This document shows positions 1 through 9,041 of a DNA stretch of 20,402 nt, piece after piece (within the stretch, counting starts at the first letter, position 1; every line of letters starts with the position of its first letter). The notes beneath the pieces are model-generated. The model made no database searches, was not told where the DNA came from, and saw nothing but the letters and a program-made list of their open reading frames with translations. The position numbers were made by a program, and so were the translations under genes. The stretch comes from a virus. The stretch is from the UHGV virus genome UHGV-0113240. One strand, written 5' to 3'.

Positions 1-49
1 GAAGGCTCACACTATAAAGTCAACAATAGTCTACTCCAGGAGCAGAATA

Positions 50-319
<270 letters not shown>

Positions 320-524
320 TTACCGTTAAATCATTTTAAAATCAGTAAGTTGTATCGAGTTCGTATGCTTTACTGTCATTAACTTACTGTATGTTGATCC
401 AGTATATTTAACCTTGATAAACTCAGTCCAGCAACACAAAACCGCAACACATTGCATTTTGTCCCGAAGAAAAGACTTGTATGTGTGAGCTTGTTTTCTG
501 CGCCTACGCAGATAAGGATTGAGA

Positions 525-1922
525 ATGCCGCGCACTGTAACACATAATCCGGATAGCCCCAATAATGACGATGTTTTAGCCGCATCTGAAAAATGGGACG
601 CCTGTAAACCACCCTATACCAGAGCACACATGAAAATCTGTGTTGCTGCCGCCAAAATCATCCTCACTGCTTCCGGCGTGGCTCGCCGTTCCAAATACGA
701 AAAAGAGAACTATCTCCGTATCGATTTCAGCAAAGCCGGTAAGGTTACATTTTACGCCGAGTTTCCAAAAAAGATGGGCCTCAAAGGTAAAAAGCTCGGC
801 GAGTGGCCGGAGCTCGCTATCCAGCTGGCGCGCGAAAAAGCACTAGGTATGGCTGACGGTGGACTGCGGGCTGAGTCCGTACATGCAGCGTTGGAAATGT
901 ACCGGGATGACCTCAAAGCCAAAGTAGCCCGGCAGAAGCTGAGCCCGGACAGTTTCACAACCTACGGGGTGCGTATCGACCGGATTAAAGCCACGTTCGG
1001 CGAGCGCGAGGTGTTCAGCGACGTAACATACAATCGGCTGGTGGAAGTGCTGGACGAGTGGATCGCCACTCGCTCGAACAATAACGCCCTGGAGTTGTTT
1101 GCCGAGCTCCGTCGGTTCTGGAAGTTCTGCGCACCTACTCTTTGCAACGGCCGCAATGTTGCCGCCAGTCTGCCAGATGATTATGTTTCCTCCCGCGTAC
1201 AGAAACCTACCCCCACACGGCTTTTTACCGATATTGAATCAATCGCCCGACTCTGGCTCAATGTTGCTGCCTGCACCTCTGTACACCAGAAGAATGCTGT
1301 TCGCTTCATGATCATCACTGGTGTTCGTCCGATTAATGTCCATAACCTGCGCTGGGACTACGTTCACGAGGAGGCTGGTGAAATTGTTTATCCGGAAGGG
1401 GTTATCGGCATGCGAGGGGCTATGAAAACACAAAAGGCTTTCCGCCTGCCGATAACGCCTGAGATCCGGCGGATTATCGACGAGCAGAAAGCCTGGCGTG
1501 ATTCAGTTCCTGAGTGCAACAGGGATTATGTATTTTTGCAGCCACGTGATCCAATGCAGCCATTTTCAAAACGATCACTGGATAAGCTAGTGAAAACATA
1601 CAGCCCGGATGGGGCTGTAAAAGGAATAAAACATGATGGGACTGTTAAAGGGAAAGACGGTGCATTTAATACGATGTGCCGTAAATTCCTTAAGAGCAAT
1701 GTTATTGCCTTGATGAAGGAAAGAGGCTATTCCCGATCAGACCGAAGGGAAATCAGCCTCCTTTGCCTTCACCACTCCAGCAAGTCAGATGACCCGATGG
1801 CAGAACATTACGACTTTTCTGATGAGATTTTGCAGGAAGAGATTGCGTTGAAGCGCGAAGCTTTCGAGGCTCACGAGCGGAGCATACTTGCGCAGGTGGC
1901 ATTGCTACGGCGGCGAGGTTAA
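525..1922 (+). CDS. int: phage tyrosine-type integrase (start taken at ATG 525 after an AAGGA; tracked ORF begins at TTG 519)
   Basis: Large ORF at the prophage/host junction, convergent with an excisionase-like gene; C-terminal LHHSS...EHY segment resembles the catalytic His/Tyr region of tyrosine recombinases; unusually long (about 465 aa). Confidence 0.7.
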   Translation: MPRTVTHNPDSPNNDDVLAASEKWDACKPPYTRAHMKICVAAAKIILTASGVARRSKYEKENYLRIDFSKAGKVTFYAEFPKKMGLKGKKLGEWPELAIQLAREKALGMADGGLRAESVHAALEMYRDDLKAKVARQKLSPDSFTTYGVRIDRIKATFGEREVFSDVTYNRLVEVLDEWIATRSNNNALELFAELRRFWKFCAPTLCNGRNVAASLPDDYVSSRVQKPTPTRLFTDIESIARLWLNVAACTSVHQKNAVRFMIITGVRPINVHNLRWDYVHEEAGEIVYPEGVIGMRGAMKTQKAFRLPITPEIRRIIDEQKAWRDSVPECNRDYVFLQPRDPMQPFSKRSLDKLVKTYSPDGAVKGIKHDGTVKGKDGAFNTMCRKFLKSNVIALMKERGYSRSDRREISLLCLHHSSKSDDPMAEHYDFSDEILQEEIALKREAFEAHERSILAQVALLRRRG

Positions 1923-2119
1923 TACCGGCTGCGACATTTTTGAATAAAAGCGTCGACATTTCGGCGCTCATAACGAACTACTTTTGCACTGAAACGAATT
2001 GGTGCCAGGATAGCCCGATGACGATGCTTAATATTCCACTCACATAGCGTTTTCTGTGTAATACCTAACTTTTGGCATACTTCATCCGGGGTGAGTAAAT
2101 CGTCGGGTTTCTCGCTCAT
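1919..2119 (-). CDS. xis: excisionase / AlpA-like helix-turn-helix DNA-binding protein
   Basis: 66-aa ORF; LTPDEVCQKLGITQKTLCEW motif is an AlpA/Xis-type HTH; adjacent to int; its ATG overlaps the upstream reading frame's TGA (ATGA). Confidence 0.65.
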   Translation of the reverse strand: MSEKPDDLLTPDEVCQKLGITQKTLCEWNIKHRHRAILAPIRFSAKVVRYERRNVDAFIQKCRSRY

Positions 2120-2649
2120 GCTATACCTCTCTTTTTCATGGCATCGAGCAGGATGTCCTGCACTGTTCGTTTTGAGTTGCGCCGCTCCATCACCATTTCG
2201 TCCATAGTGTCGGCAGCAATAATGTGGTGAATAAATACCGGACGATTGTGTCCGGCCTGTATCTGCCTGGTGGGACCGATACGTTCAATAATTTGCTGAT
2301 ACTGCTCCAGGTCCCACTAGTGTGAGAAAAATACCAGTATGTTTCCGCCGTCCTGCATGTTCAGACCGTGGCCAGCGATGGCTGGGTGTGCAAAGAGAAC
2401 AGGAATCTTTCCGGAATTCCAGTCGCGCAGTGTCTGTTGATCCTGGTCGAGGTGACGACCGCGAGGGAATGCTTTAAGCAAACGTTCAAGATCGTGTTTC
2501 CAGTGATAAGCAACCAGCACAGGTGCGCCAGCTGCTTCGGTCAGTATGCTGTCCAGCGCCTGCAGTTTTGTGTCATGCAGTTCTGACCAACTTCCGGCGT
2601 CGTCTGTGTATACGCCACCTCCATTGCAATCCCTACCGTGGTGAATGCT
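2116..2649 (-). pseudogene. helicase C-terminal domain remnant, N-terminally truncated and interrupted by an in-frame TAG
   Basis: Continuous minus-strand frame from 2649 to TGA 2116..2118 reads ...LFAHPAIAGHGLNMQDGGNILVFFSH*WDLEQYQQIIERIGPTRQ... (helicase C-terminal, motif VI-like Q..ER.G..RQ); in-frame amber at 2317..2319; no ATPase N-domain upstream, the frame is closed by TGA at 2650..2652. Confidence 0.5.
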
Positions 2650-2659
2650 TCAGGCCAGC

Positions 2660-3364
2660 TCATTGATTCACTTCCTGCGGCGGTTCTGGTAGTGGTATCC
2701 AGAACAAGGCGTTCCCTAACCACGATAAAGTGCCGTCGCTCAACTCCACGTATTCCCCTTGCACCTGTCCTGCCATATACTCACCGTGCTTTGAATAAAT
2801 TAAAATCCAATCATCTTGAGCGGGCATTCGCTCACTACAGCTTATCCAACCATCCGGAGTTACCGGAGAGTTGCCGGGTTCTTTAATGTGCAAGCGAGGC
2901 TCACCATCTTTTGGCTCAGGCCACTGGCGCTCCATGTTGATCTTCAATTTATCTTCCATAGCAGCGGTAATTTCAGCATCGCTGATGCCAGCACGGCGCT
3001 GTGCATCCCACAACAGAAACTGCATATCAGCCCACTCGCTAAGATCGTCTGGTTCGGCTGCGGCTTCCAGTGCCTCTTTTGAGAGGTGTTTCAGTGGACC
3101 AATGGGGCCAACGCAGCCAAATGTGGAGTCAGACCATTTGGCATGCTCGTGGCGAATCTGTTCGCGTTCCAGCGATGCCAGCACAATTCGTGCCAGCTCA
3201 CGCACTACTTCCGGTGGCGCGTAACGGTCATTCAGGTCATCCCACAGGCGTAGCATGTTATCGCTACCAGGGTGAACATCCTCGTTAGTTCCGGCAAGCG
3301 CACTAATAACCTCATCGGCTGCCTCAATAATTTTCAGAGTTTGTTCTCTGGTAATAGTGGTCAT
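2660..3364 (-). CDS. DUF550 (dATP/dGTP pyrophosphohydrolase-like) / DUF551 fusion protein
   Basis: 234-aa ORF; N-terminal half resembles prophage MazG-like DUF550 proteins, C-terminal WISCSERMP...WIPLPEPP resembles DUF551; assignment from recalled family features. Confidence 0.55.
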   Translation of the reverse strand: MTTITREQTLKIIEAADEVISALAGTNEDVHPGSDNMLRLWDDLNDRYAPPEVVRELARIVLASLEREQIRHEHAKWSDSTFGCVGPIGPLKHLSKEALEAAAEPDDLSEWADMQFLLWDAQRRAGISDAEITAAMEDKLKINMERQWPEPKDGEPRLHIKEPGNSPVTPDGWISCSERMPAQDDWILIYSKHGEYMAGQVQGEYVELSDGTLSWLGNALFWIPLPEPPQEVNQ

Positions 3365-3570
3365 TTGTTAATCCTCAAAACTTTATGCCCAGGTGCAAAG
3401 GCACGCGTTTTGTCTTTGCTTATTCGCCAGCCATCCTTGCGCGCCTCTTTTGCACAGCCAGCCCATGACGTACCGATATACTCACCGAAGTCTGGCGTTT
3501 GATATTTACCATTTGTACACTGGCGACAATCACAGTAGAGATGCATGGTGTAACTTGCAGCAATAGCCAT
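3361..3570 (-). CDS. small Cys-rich hypothetical phage protein
   Basis: 69-aa ORF with AAGGAG 7 nt upstream of its ATG; stop overlaps the start of the downstream DUF550 gene (ATGA coupling). Confidence 0.5.
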   Translation of the reverse strand: MAIAASYTMHLYCDCRQCTNGKYQTPDFGEYIGTSWAGCAKEARKDGWRISKDKTRAFAPGHKVLRINK

Positions 3571-3571
3571 A

Positions 3572-3922
3572 TCAGGCTCCTTTAGTGCGCAAGTGGTTTT
3601 TCCAGCGGTTTTGCGCCGCGCTGGGCTTTTTGCAACAACTGTGACCCATCACCCCGCAACACCCCGTCAACCTCACTCGTCTGTTACTAATCCTCAACCA
3701 TCGCCAGACCCCTACACCGTTTCTGCGAGCTAACAGAATCTTTGCTTTACGGTTTTTCATCGTTTTGCTCTCCTGCGTCTCTTTGCTGCTCGTCGTGCCG
3801 CTGCAATACCGGTATGGCGGCGCTTTGGTGCCGGGATGATGCTGCCAGCCATCAGGACCTGTGGCTTTGCAATTAGCGCAGAAGCCCAAAAACGAGTCGG
3901 GTACGGTAACAAGCCGATACAT
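3572..3922 (-). CDS. hypothetical small basic Cys-containing protein (start uncertain: ATG 3922 or internal ATG 3760 with AGGAGAG upstream)
   Basis: Open frame between ea22-like stop and the 3361..3570 gene; internal start at 3760 has a good SD; composition (R/W/C-rich) also fits out-of-frame translation, so weak. Confidence 0.3.
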   Translation of the reverse strand: MYRLVTVPDSFLGFCANCKATGPDGWQHHPGTKAPPYRYCSGTTSSKETQESKTMKNRKAKILLARRNGVGVWRWLRISNRRVRLTGCCGVMGHSCCKKPSAAQNRWKNHLRTKGA

Positions 3923-3932
3923 GCCACACGCA

Positions 3933-4709
3933 CTACTCACCTCCTTTGATGCGAATGCCAGCGGCGCGCTCGGCTTCACTTTGTTCCCAAAACCACTTGT
4001 GAAGCGCCATAAGCTTTTCGTCAATCGGTGCATATTTGCGATTAAAGTAGGCCTGAGCATCTTTCTCAGATTCGTCCGGCAATTCGCCTGGGCCAAACAG
4101 TGTGTTATAAATCCATGCCAGTCCGCTCTTAGCGTCGCCAGTTGCCTGCCATTCGATAATGGCAGCCTGCATGACCAGAATGTTTTTCCCGATTAATAGG
4201 TCCAGTTCTTTGTACCGGTTGCGGATGTATGCATTCTCGCTTTGTAATTTTGCGTTGCGCTTTTCTGAGGCTTCAAGTAACGCCTGCTTATCGCGTAGCG
4301 CTTCTTCCAGTTCAGCAACATGGCATTCACTATCAATAAGGTTGTTCTCTGCTGCTTCCAGCTCAACACGCAGCTTCCCTACCGTTAACGCCATCTCCTC
4401 GTTCTCCTGGTCGCGGCGTTTGATGTATTGCTGGTTTCTTTCCAGCTCATCCAGCAGCGCCAAGACGGTAGCAGGATTGGCTGCGGCGATGAATTCAGCA
4501 TTGGCCTGCTGTTCCATTTGGAAATCTTCATCGAAACCGCTTTCTGGATGCGCTCCTTCAATTCTGCAAATAGGAATATATCCAGCAACTTCACGATGAA
4601 TTAGCGCATCATCACCATCAAATCGGCTCTCTCCATATTCGAGCGACCACTCACCACACGTTGCTTTTTCTGCCGCCTCACGCAGTGCCTGATAATTAAT
4701 TTCGCTCAC
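3933..4709 (-). CDS. Ead/Ea22-like protein
   Basis: 258-aa ORF with N-terminal MSEINYQALREAAEKATCGEW... and a central coiled-coil-like segment, as in lambdoid ead/Ea22-family proteins; lies in the b2/ea region between xis and exo. Confidence 0.6.
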   Translation of the reverse strand: MSEINYQALREAAEKATCGEWSLEYGESRFDGDDALIHREVAGYIPICRIEGAHPESGFDEDFQMEQQANAEFIAAANPATVLALLDELERNQQYIKRRDQENEEMALTVGKLRVELEAAENNLIDSECHVAELEEALRDKQALLEASEKRNAKLQSENAYIRNRYKELDLLIGKNILVMQAAIIEWQATGDAKSGLAWIYNTLFGPGELPDESEKDAQAYFNRKYAPIDEKLMALHKWFWEQSEAERAAGIRIKGGE

Positions 4710-4927
4710 TTCGAACCTCTCTGTTTACTGATAAGCTCCAGATCCTCCTGGCAACTTGCACAAGTCCGACAACCCTGAACGGCCAGGCGTCTTCGCTCAT
4801 CTATGGGATCGCCACACTCACAACAATGAGTGGCAGATATAGCCTGGTGGTTCAGGCGGCGCATTTTTATTGCTGTGTTGCGCTGTAATTCTTCAATTTC
4901 TGATGCTGAATCAATGAGGTCTGCCAT
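4706..4927 (-). CDS. TraR/DksA-family C4 zinc-finger protein
   Basis: 73-aa ORF with CxxC-(17)-CxxC (CCECGDPI...CRTCASCQ); stop overlaps the ea22-like start. Confidence 0.7.
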   Translation of the reverse strand: MADLIDSASEIEELQRNTAIKMRRLNHQAISATHCCECGDPIDERRRLAVQGCRTCASCQEDLELISKQRGSK

Positions 4928-4975
4928 CTTCCATTAATCCCTGAATTGTTGGTTAATACGCTTGAAGGTGAATGC

Positions 4976-5003
4976 GAATAATAAAAAAGGAGCCTGTAGC
5001 TCC
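4976..5003 (-). terminator. intrinsic terminator on the minus strand
   Basis: Minus-strand GGAGC-tacag-GCTCC hairpin followed by TTTTTTATTATT, 3' of the 5026..5241 ORF. Confidence 0.55.
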
Positions 5004-5025
5004 CTGATGATTTTGCTTTTCATGT

Positions 5026-5241
5026 TTACCGTTCCTTAAAGACGCCGTTTAACATACCGATTGCCAGACTTAAGTGAGTCGGTGTGAATCCCATCAGCGT
5101 TACCGTTTCGCGGTGCTTCTTCAGTACGCTACGGCAAATGTCATCGACGTTTTTATCCGGAAACTGCTGTCTGGCATTTTTAATTTCAGAATTAGCCTGA
5201 CGGGCAATACTGCGAAGGGCGTTTTCTTGCTGAGGTGTCAT
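5026..5241 (-). CDS. lambda orf61-like small protein (start at internal ATG 5241)
   Basis: 71-aa ORF MTPQQENALRSIARQ...; its ATG overlaps the TGA of the upstream 27-aa peptide ORF; position matches the small ORFs between ea22 and exo in lambda. Confidence 0.5.
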   Translation of the reverse strand: MTPQQENALRSIARQANSEIKNARQQFPDKNVDDICRSVLKKHRETVTLMGFTPTHLSLAIGMLNGVFKER

Positions 5242-5321
5242 TGAACAAGTCCCATGTCGGCAAGCATAAGCACACAGAATATGAAGCCCGCTGCCAGAAA
5301 AATGCATTCAGTGGTTGTCAT
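5238..5321 (-). CDS. 27-aa hydrophobic peptide (MTTTECIFLAAGFIFCVLMLADMGLVQ), not in the ORF track
   Basis: ATG 5321..5319 overlaps the TGA of the upstream ORF and its TGA overlaps the ATG of the downstream ORF (two ATGA junctions); 16-residue hydrophobic core. Confidence 0.35.
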   Translation of the reverse strand: MTTTECIFLAAGFIFCVLMLADMGLVQ

Positions 5322-5509
5322 ACCTGGTCTCTCTCATCTGCTTCTGCTTTCGCCACCATCATTTCCAGCTTTTGTGAAAGGGATGTGGCTAACGTATGAA
5401 ATTCTTCATCTGTTTCTACTGGTATTGGCACAAACCTGACTCCAATTTGAGCAAGGCTATGTGCCATCTCAATACTCGTTCTTAACTTAACAGGAGATGC
5501 TTTGTGCAT
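5318..5509 (-). CDS. lambda orf63-like small protein
   Basis: 63-aa ORF; position between exo and ea22 matches lambda orf63; recalled similarity. Confidence 0.5.
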   Translation of the reverse strand: MHKASPVKLRTSIEMAHSLAQIGVRFVPIPVETDEEFHTLATSLSQKLEMMVAKAEADERDQV

Positions 5510-5670
5510 ATCGCCTCCCGTTTATTATTCATCTCCTCAGCCAGCCGCTGTGCTTTCAGGGGATTTCGGATAACAGAAAGACCGGGAAATACCCAGCCTC
5601 GCTTTGTAACGGAGTAGACGAAAGTGATTGCGCCCACCCGGATATTATCGTGAGGATGCTTCATCGCCAT
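5482..5670 (-). CDS. lambda orf60a-like / DUF1317-like small protein
   Basis: 62-aa ORF immediately upstream of exo, overlapping exo's start region as in lambda. Confidence 0.5.
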   Translation of the reverse strand: MAMKHPHDNIRVGAITFVYSVTKRGWVFPGLSVIRNPLKAQRLAEEMNNKREAICTKHLLLS

Positions 5671-6341
5671 TGCTCCCCAAATACAAAACCAATTTCAGCC
5701 AGTGCCTCGTCCATTCTTTCGATGAACTCCGGCACCATCTCGTCAAAACTCGCTATGTACTTTTCATCCCGCTCAACCACGACATAATGCAGTCCTTCAC
5801 GCTTCATACGCGGGTCATAGTTGGCAAAGTACCAGGCATCTTTTCGTGTCACCCACATGCTGTACTGCACCTGGGCCATGTAAGCCGACTTTATGGCCTC
5901 GAAACCACCGAGCCGGAACTTCATGAAATCCCGGGAGGTAAACGGGCATTTCAGCTCAAGGCCATTGCCGTCACTGCATAAACCATCGGGAGAGCAGGCG
6001 GTGCGCATACTTTCGTCGCGATAGATGATCGGGGATTCAGTAACATTCACGCCGGAAGTGAACTCAAACAGGGTTCTGGCGTCGTTCTCGTACTGTTTTC
6101 CCCAGGCCAGTGCTTTAGCGTTAACTTCCGGAGCCACACCGGTGCAAACCTCGGCAAGCAGGGTGTGGAAGTAGGACATTTTCATGTCAGGCCACTTCTT
6201 TCCGGAGCGGGGTTTTGCTATCACGTTGTGAACTTCTGAAGCGGTGATGACGCCGAGCCGTAATTTGTGCCACGCATCATCCCCCTGTTCGACAGCTCTC
6301 ACGTCGATCCCGGTACGCTGCAGTATAATGTCCGGTGTCAT
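5661..6341 (-). CDS. exo: lambda exonuclease (Red-alpha)
   Basis: 226-aa protein recalled as near-identical to phage lambda Exo ([38 protein letters not shown]...). Confidence 0.95.
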   Translation of the reverse strand: MTPDIILQRTGIDVRAVEQGDDAWHKLRLGVITASEVHNVIAKPRSGKKWPDMKMSYFHTLLAEVCTGVAPEVNAKALAWGKQYENDARTLFEFTSGVNVTESPIIYRDESMRTACSPDGLCSDGNGLELKCPFTSRDFMKFRLGGFEAIKSAYMAQVQYSMWVTRKDAWYFANYDPRMKREGLHYVVVERDEKYIASFDEMVPEFIERMDEALAEIGFVFGEQWR

Positions 6342-7123
6342 GCTGCCACCTTCTGCTCAGTGGCTTTCTGTTTCAGGAATCCAAGAGCTTTTACTGCTTC
6401 GGCCTGTGTCAGTTCTGACGATGCGCGAATGTCGCGGCGAAATATCTGGGAACAGAGCGGTAATAAGTCGTCATCCCATGTTTTATCCAGGGCGATCAGC
6501 AGAGTGTTAATCTCCTGCATGGTTTCATCGTTAACCGGAGTGATGTCGCGTTCCGGCTGACGTTCTGCAGTGTATGCGGTATTTTCGACAATGCGCTCGG
6601 CTTCATCCTTGTCATAGATACCAGCAAATCCGAAGGCCAGACGGGCACACTGAATCATGGCTTTATGCCGTAACATCCGTTTGGGATGCGACTGCCACGG
6701 CCCCGTGATTTCTCTGCCTTCACGGGTTTTGAATGGTTCGCGGCGGCATTCATCCATCCACTCGGTAACGCAGATCGGATGATTGCGGTCTTTGCGGTAA
6801 ATCCTGCATGTACATGATTCATTGTCCTGCTCAAAGTCCATGCCATCAAACTGCTGGTTTTCATTGATGATGCGGGACCAGCCATCAACGCCCACCACCG
6901 GAACGATGCCGTTCTGCTTATCAGGGAAGGCGTAAATTTCTTTCGTCCACGGATTAAGGCCGTACTGGTTGGCGACGATCAACAATGCGATGAACTGCGC
7001 ATCGCTGGCATCACCTTTAAATGCCGTCTGGCGAAGAGTGGTGATCAGTTCCTGTGGGTCGACAGAATCCATGCCGACACGTTCAGCCAGCTTCCCAGCC
7101 AGCGTTGCGAGTGCTGTACTCAT
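6338..7123 (-). CDS. bet: recombination protein Bet (Red-beta single-strand annealing protein)
   Basis: 261-aa protein recalled as near-identical to lambda Bet; stop overlaps the exo start. Confidence 0.95.
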   Translation of the reverse strand: MSTALATLAGKLAERVGMDSVDPQELITTLRQTAFKGDASDAQFIALLIVANQYGLNPWTKEIYAFPDKQNGIVPVVGVDGWSRIINENQQFDGMDFEQDNESCTCRIYRKDRNHPICVTEWMDECRREPFKTREGREITGPWQSHPKRMLRHKAMIQCARLAFGFAGIYDKDEAERIVENTAYTAERQPERDITPVNDETMQEINTLLIALDKTWDDDLLPLCSQIFRRDIRASSELTQAEAVKALGFLKQKATEQKVAA

Positions 7124-7128
7124 CCGTT

Positions 7129-7425
7129 TTATACCTCTGAATCAATATCAACCTGGTGGTGAGCAATGGTTTCAACCATGTACCGGATGTGTTCTGCCAT
7201 GCGCTCCTGAAACTCAACATCGTCATCAAACGCACGGGTAATGGCTTTTTTGCTGGCCCCGTGGCGTTGCAAATGATCGATGCATAGCGATTCAAACAGG
7301 TGCTGGGGCAGGCCTTTTTCCATGTTGTCTGCCAGTTCTGCCTCTTTCTCTTCACGGGCGATCTGCTGGTAGTGACGCGCCCAACTCTGAGCCTCAAGAC
7401 GATCCTGAATGTAATAAGCGTTCAT
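7129..7425 (-). CDS. gam: host-nuclease (RecBCD) inhibitor Gam, short form
   Basis: 98-aa protein [21 protein letters not shown]... matching lambda GamS; the upstream in-frame extension is closed by TAA 16 codons before the ATG. Confidence 0.9.
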   Translation of the reverse strand: MNAYYIQDRLEAQSWARHYQQIAREEKEAELADNMEKGLPQHLFESLCIDHLQRHGASKKAITRAFDDDVEFQERMAEHIRYMVETIAHHQVDIDSEV

Positions 7426-7479
7426 GGCTGACCTCCTGAAAATGGCTGTGAAAATATCGCCCGCGAAATGCCAGGCTGA

Positions 7480-7791
7480 TTAGGAAAACAGGAAAGGGGG
7501 GTAGTGATTCAGGCCGTTACCGCGTCCGTCGAGAAAAACTTCCACGAGCAAATCACGGGTATAAGTGCGCTCGATGCCGCGATGCAGATAAAGCCGTCCG
7601 CGTAAATTAGCTGATGCAGTCCAGGTACCATCTTTGTGTTTGACCAGCATTCCTGGCATGACCGCGCCGCGATTAACGGTCTGCGTTCCGTAATGTTGAT
7701 GAACCATAAAAACTCCTGCCCGTAAGCTGGGCTGCTGAACATATAGAGACTTCTGCGCGTATTCAGGCGGTGGATGGCCGCCGGTTGTCAT
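7480..7791 (-). CDS. hypothetical protein in the kil/cIII position (start uncertain)
   Basis: 103-aa ORF, the only ORF between the OL-like operators and gam; GAGG upstream of ATG 7791; no arginine-rich N-terminus, so not an obvious N homolog. Confidence 0.35.
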   Translation of the reverse strand: MTTGGHPPPEYAQKSLYVQQPSLRAGVFMVHQHYGTQTVNRGAVMPGMLVKHKDGTWTASANLRGRLYLHRGIERTYTRDLLVEVFLDGRGNGLNHYPPFLFS

Positions 7792-7984
7792 AACTAAGCC
7801 GCCTCGTTGAAGCGACTAAGGTATGAAATGTTGAGTTGATTTCAGCTGGTCACACCGACGTTCACGCGTCCGTTTCACCCCTCGCACTCCCCGGAGCCTG
7901 CTGAAATTCAAGCTGCGGATCTAAGCGGTCATCGCAACGGTGAATCAGGTGGTTGCCGTATCGTTGTGTTGTTGCGACATGGTG

Positions 7985-8035
7985 ATAATAGCTATTGCTA
8001 TTGGTGATATCAATACTTATTGCTATTGTTAGATG
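7985..8035 (-). promoter_or_regulatory. OL-like operator cluster / presumed leftward early promoter
   Basis: Repeated ATTGCTATTG motifs and a TATTGgtgatatCAATA palindrome; the same TTGCTATTG motif recurs in the cI-cro intergenic region. Confidence 0.45.
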
Positions 8036-8149
8036 TGTTTTGATATTAAATGTTTGATAGCAAAAAGAATTAATTTTGTGACTTGCATCGCATAGCGATA
8101 ACTGAAGGGAGGTTGTGGTGGTTTTTTGAACGGTTTGTGTGATGAGGGG

Positions 8150-8178
8150 AGGGCAAAAGAAAACCCGGCAAGGCCGGG
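8150..8178 (-). terminator. intrinsic terminator ending the cI-kinase-DUF3037 transcription unit (tIMM analog)
   Basis: CCCGGC-AAG-GCCGGG hairpin followed on the minus strand by TTTTCTTTT, 36 nt after the stop of the 8214..9041 gene. Confidence 0.6.
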
Positions 8179-8213
8179 TTGTTGATAAGGTATGTCACAT
8201 ACAATAATAAATT

Positions 8214-9041
8214 TTAGACTTGAGGAAGTATTTTTTTTGCAAAATCAATAGTTTCTTTGTGGCTGGATGCAGGTATATGATTTATTTTCTTAGCATCCAT
8301 AGTTCTCTTTATGATGTCAATAACTTTGCTTTGGCCTGAGTTTGGTGATTCAGGGGTTTCAATTGTGAATAGAATGTCATCAAGTGAAAGCAGGTTTTCT
8401 TCTGCTGCTCGAGTTATTCTCATCACCCAAGTATCACTATGCTCCATCATTTTTCCGGGTTCAGTTTGAGTGAATGCCAGAGGTTTGATGGCACATTGGA
8501 TCCTGTCGTGCTTCTTGGCGACCAATGGCATTGAGAACTTTGCGAAATACCCATCAATAGTTGCTTGTTTGAAGACGTTCTTCAATCCATCTATTCTATC
8601 GATACTGCGTTTTAGCTCTCTAGCTAGGACATCTTCACGGCGCTCTTTTGTGTAGTCAGCGTGGTTTACATATTTATTGTAAATGCGAGCCAACTCTTCT
8701 TTCGGGTTTTCACTGAGGATAACTCTCGTAGAGCTGAACTGAAAAATTGATTCTTTTTTGTTTGTAAAATATCTGAAGAATTGTGCAAGTTGTTGATGTC
8801 CAACAATCTGGGTAGCATGCATTTTTGCGAACTGGAGTTCTCTTTGTATTGAGTCTTTTGCTACGGGAAAAATGCAATCATCATGGAAGAAATTCTTTAC
8901 ACGAGAGTCATTTCGCTTTGTGAGCTGGAAGTCAAAGTAATTTTCTTTTGGCGCGCACAGAAGTACGCCTATGTTTGCGAACTCTTCAGTCTCCGCATAA
9001 GGCGCATAGCGAACGATGCTATATAGGCATGGAGTTGTCAT
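8214..9041 (-). CDS. DUF3037-like protein (start at ATG 9041, overlapping the upstream TGA)
   Basis: 275-aa ORF; N-terminal CLYSIVRYAPYAETEEFANIGVLL resembles the conserved N-terminal motif recalled for DUF3037; ATGA overlap with the kinase-like gene. Confidence 0.55.
   Translation of the reverse strand: MTTPCLYSIVRYAPYAETEEFANIGVLLCAPKENYFDFQLTKRNDSRVKNFFHDDCIFPVAKDSIQRELQFAKMHATQIVGHQQLAQFFRYFTNKKESIFQFSSTRVILSENPKEELARIYNKYVNHADYTKERREDVLARELKRSIDRIDGLKNVFKQATIDGYFAKFSMPLVAKKHDRIQCAIKPLAFTQTEPGKMMEHSDTWVMRITRAAEENLLSLDDILFTIETPESPNSGQSKVIDIIKRTMDAKKINHIPASSHKETIDFAKKILPQV

Noticed and set aside
2871-3288. Plus-strand ORFs 2871..3224 and 3070..3288
   Set aside because: Antisense to the DUF550/DUF551 gene; Ser/Ala/Arg-rich low-complexity translation.
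3572-4096. 174-aa tracked ORF extending into the ea22-like gene
   Set aside because: Its 5' third overlaps the ea22-like coding region in another frame; only the part downstream of the ea22 stop is plausible, and even that is low confidence.
6244-6888. Plus-strand ORFs 6244..6510 and 6267..6560 and minus ORF 6655..6888
   Set aside because: Embedded in or antisense to exo and bet, which are assigned with high confidence.
7083-7397. 104-aa minus-strand ORF overlapping gam
   Set aside because: Alternative frame of the gam coding region; gam assignment is strong.
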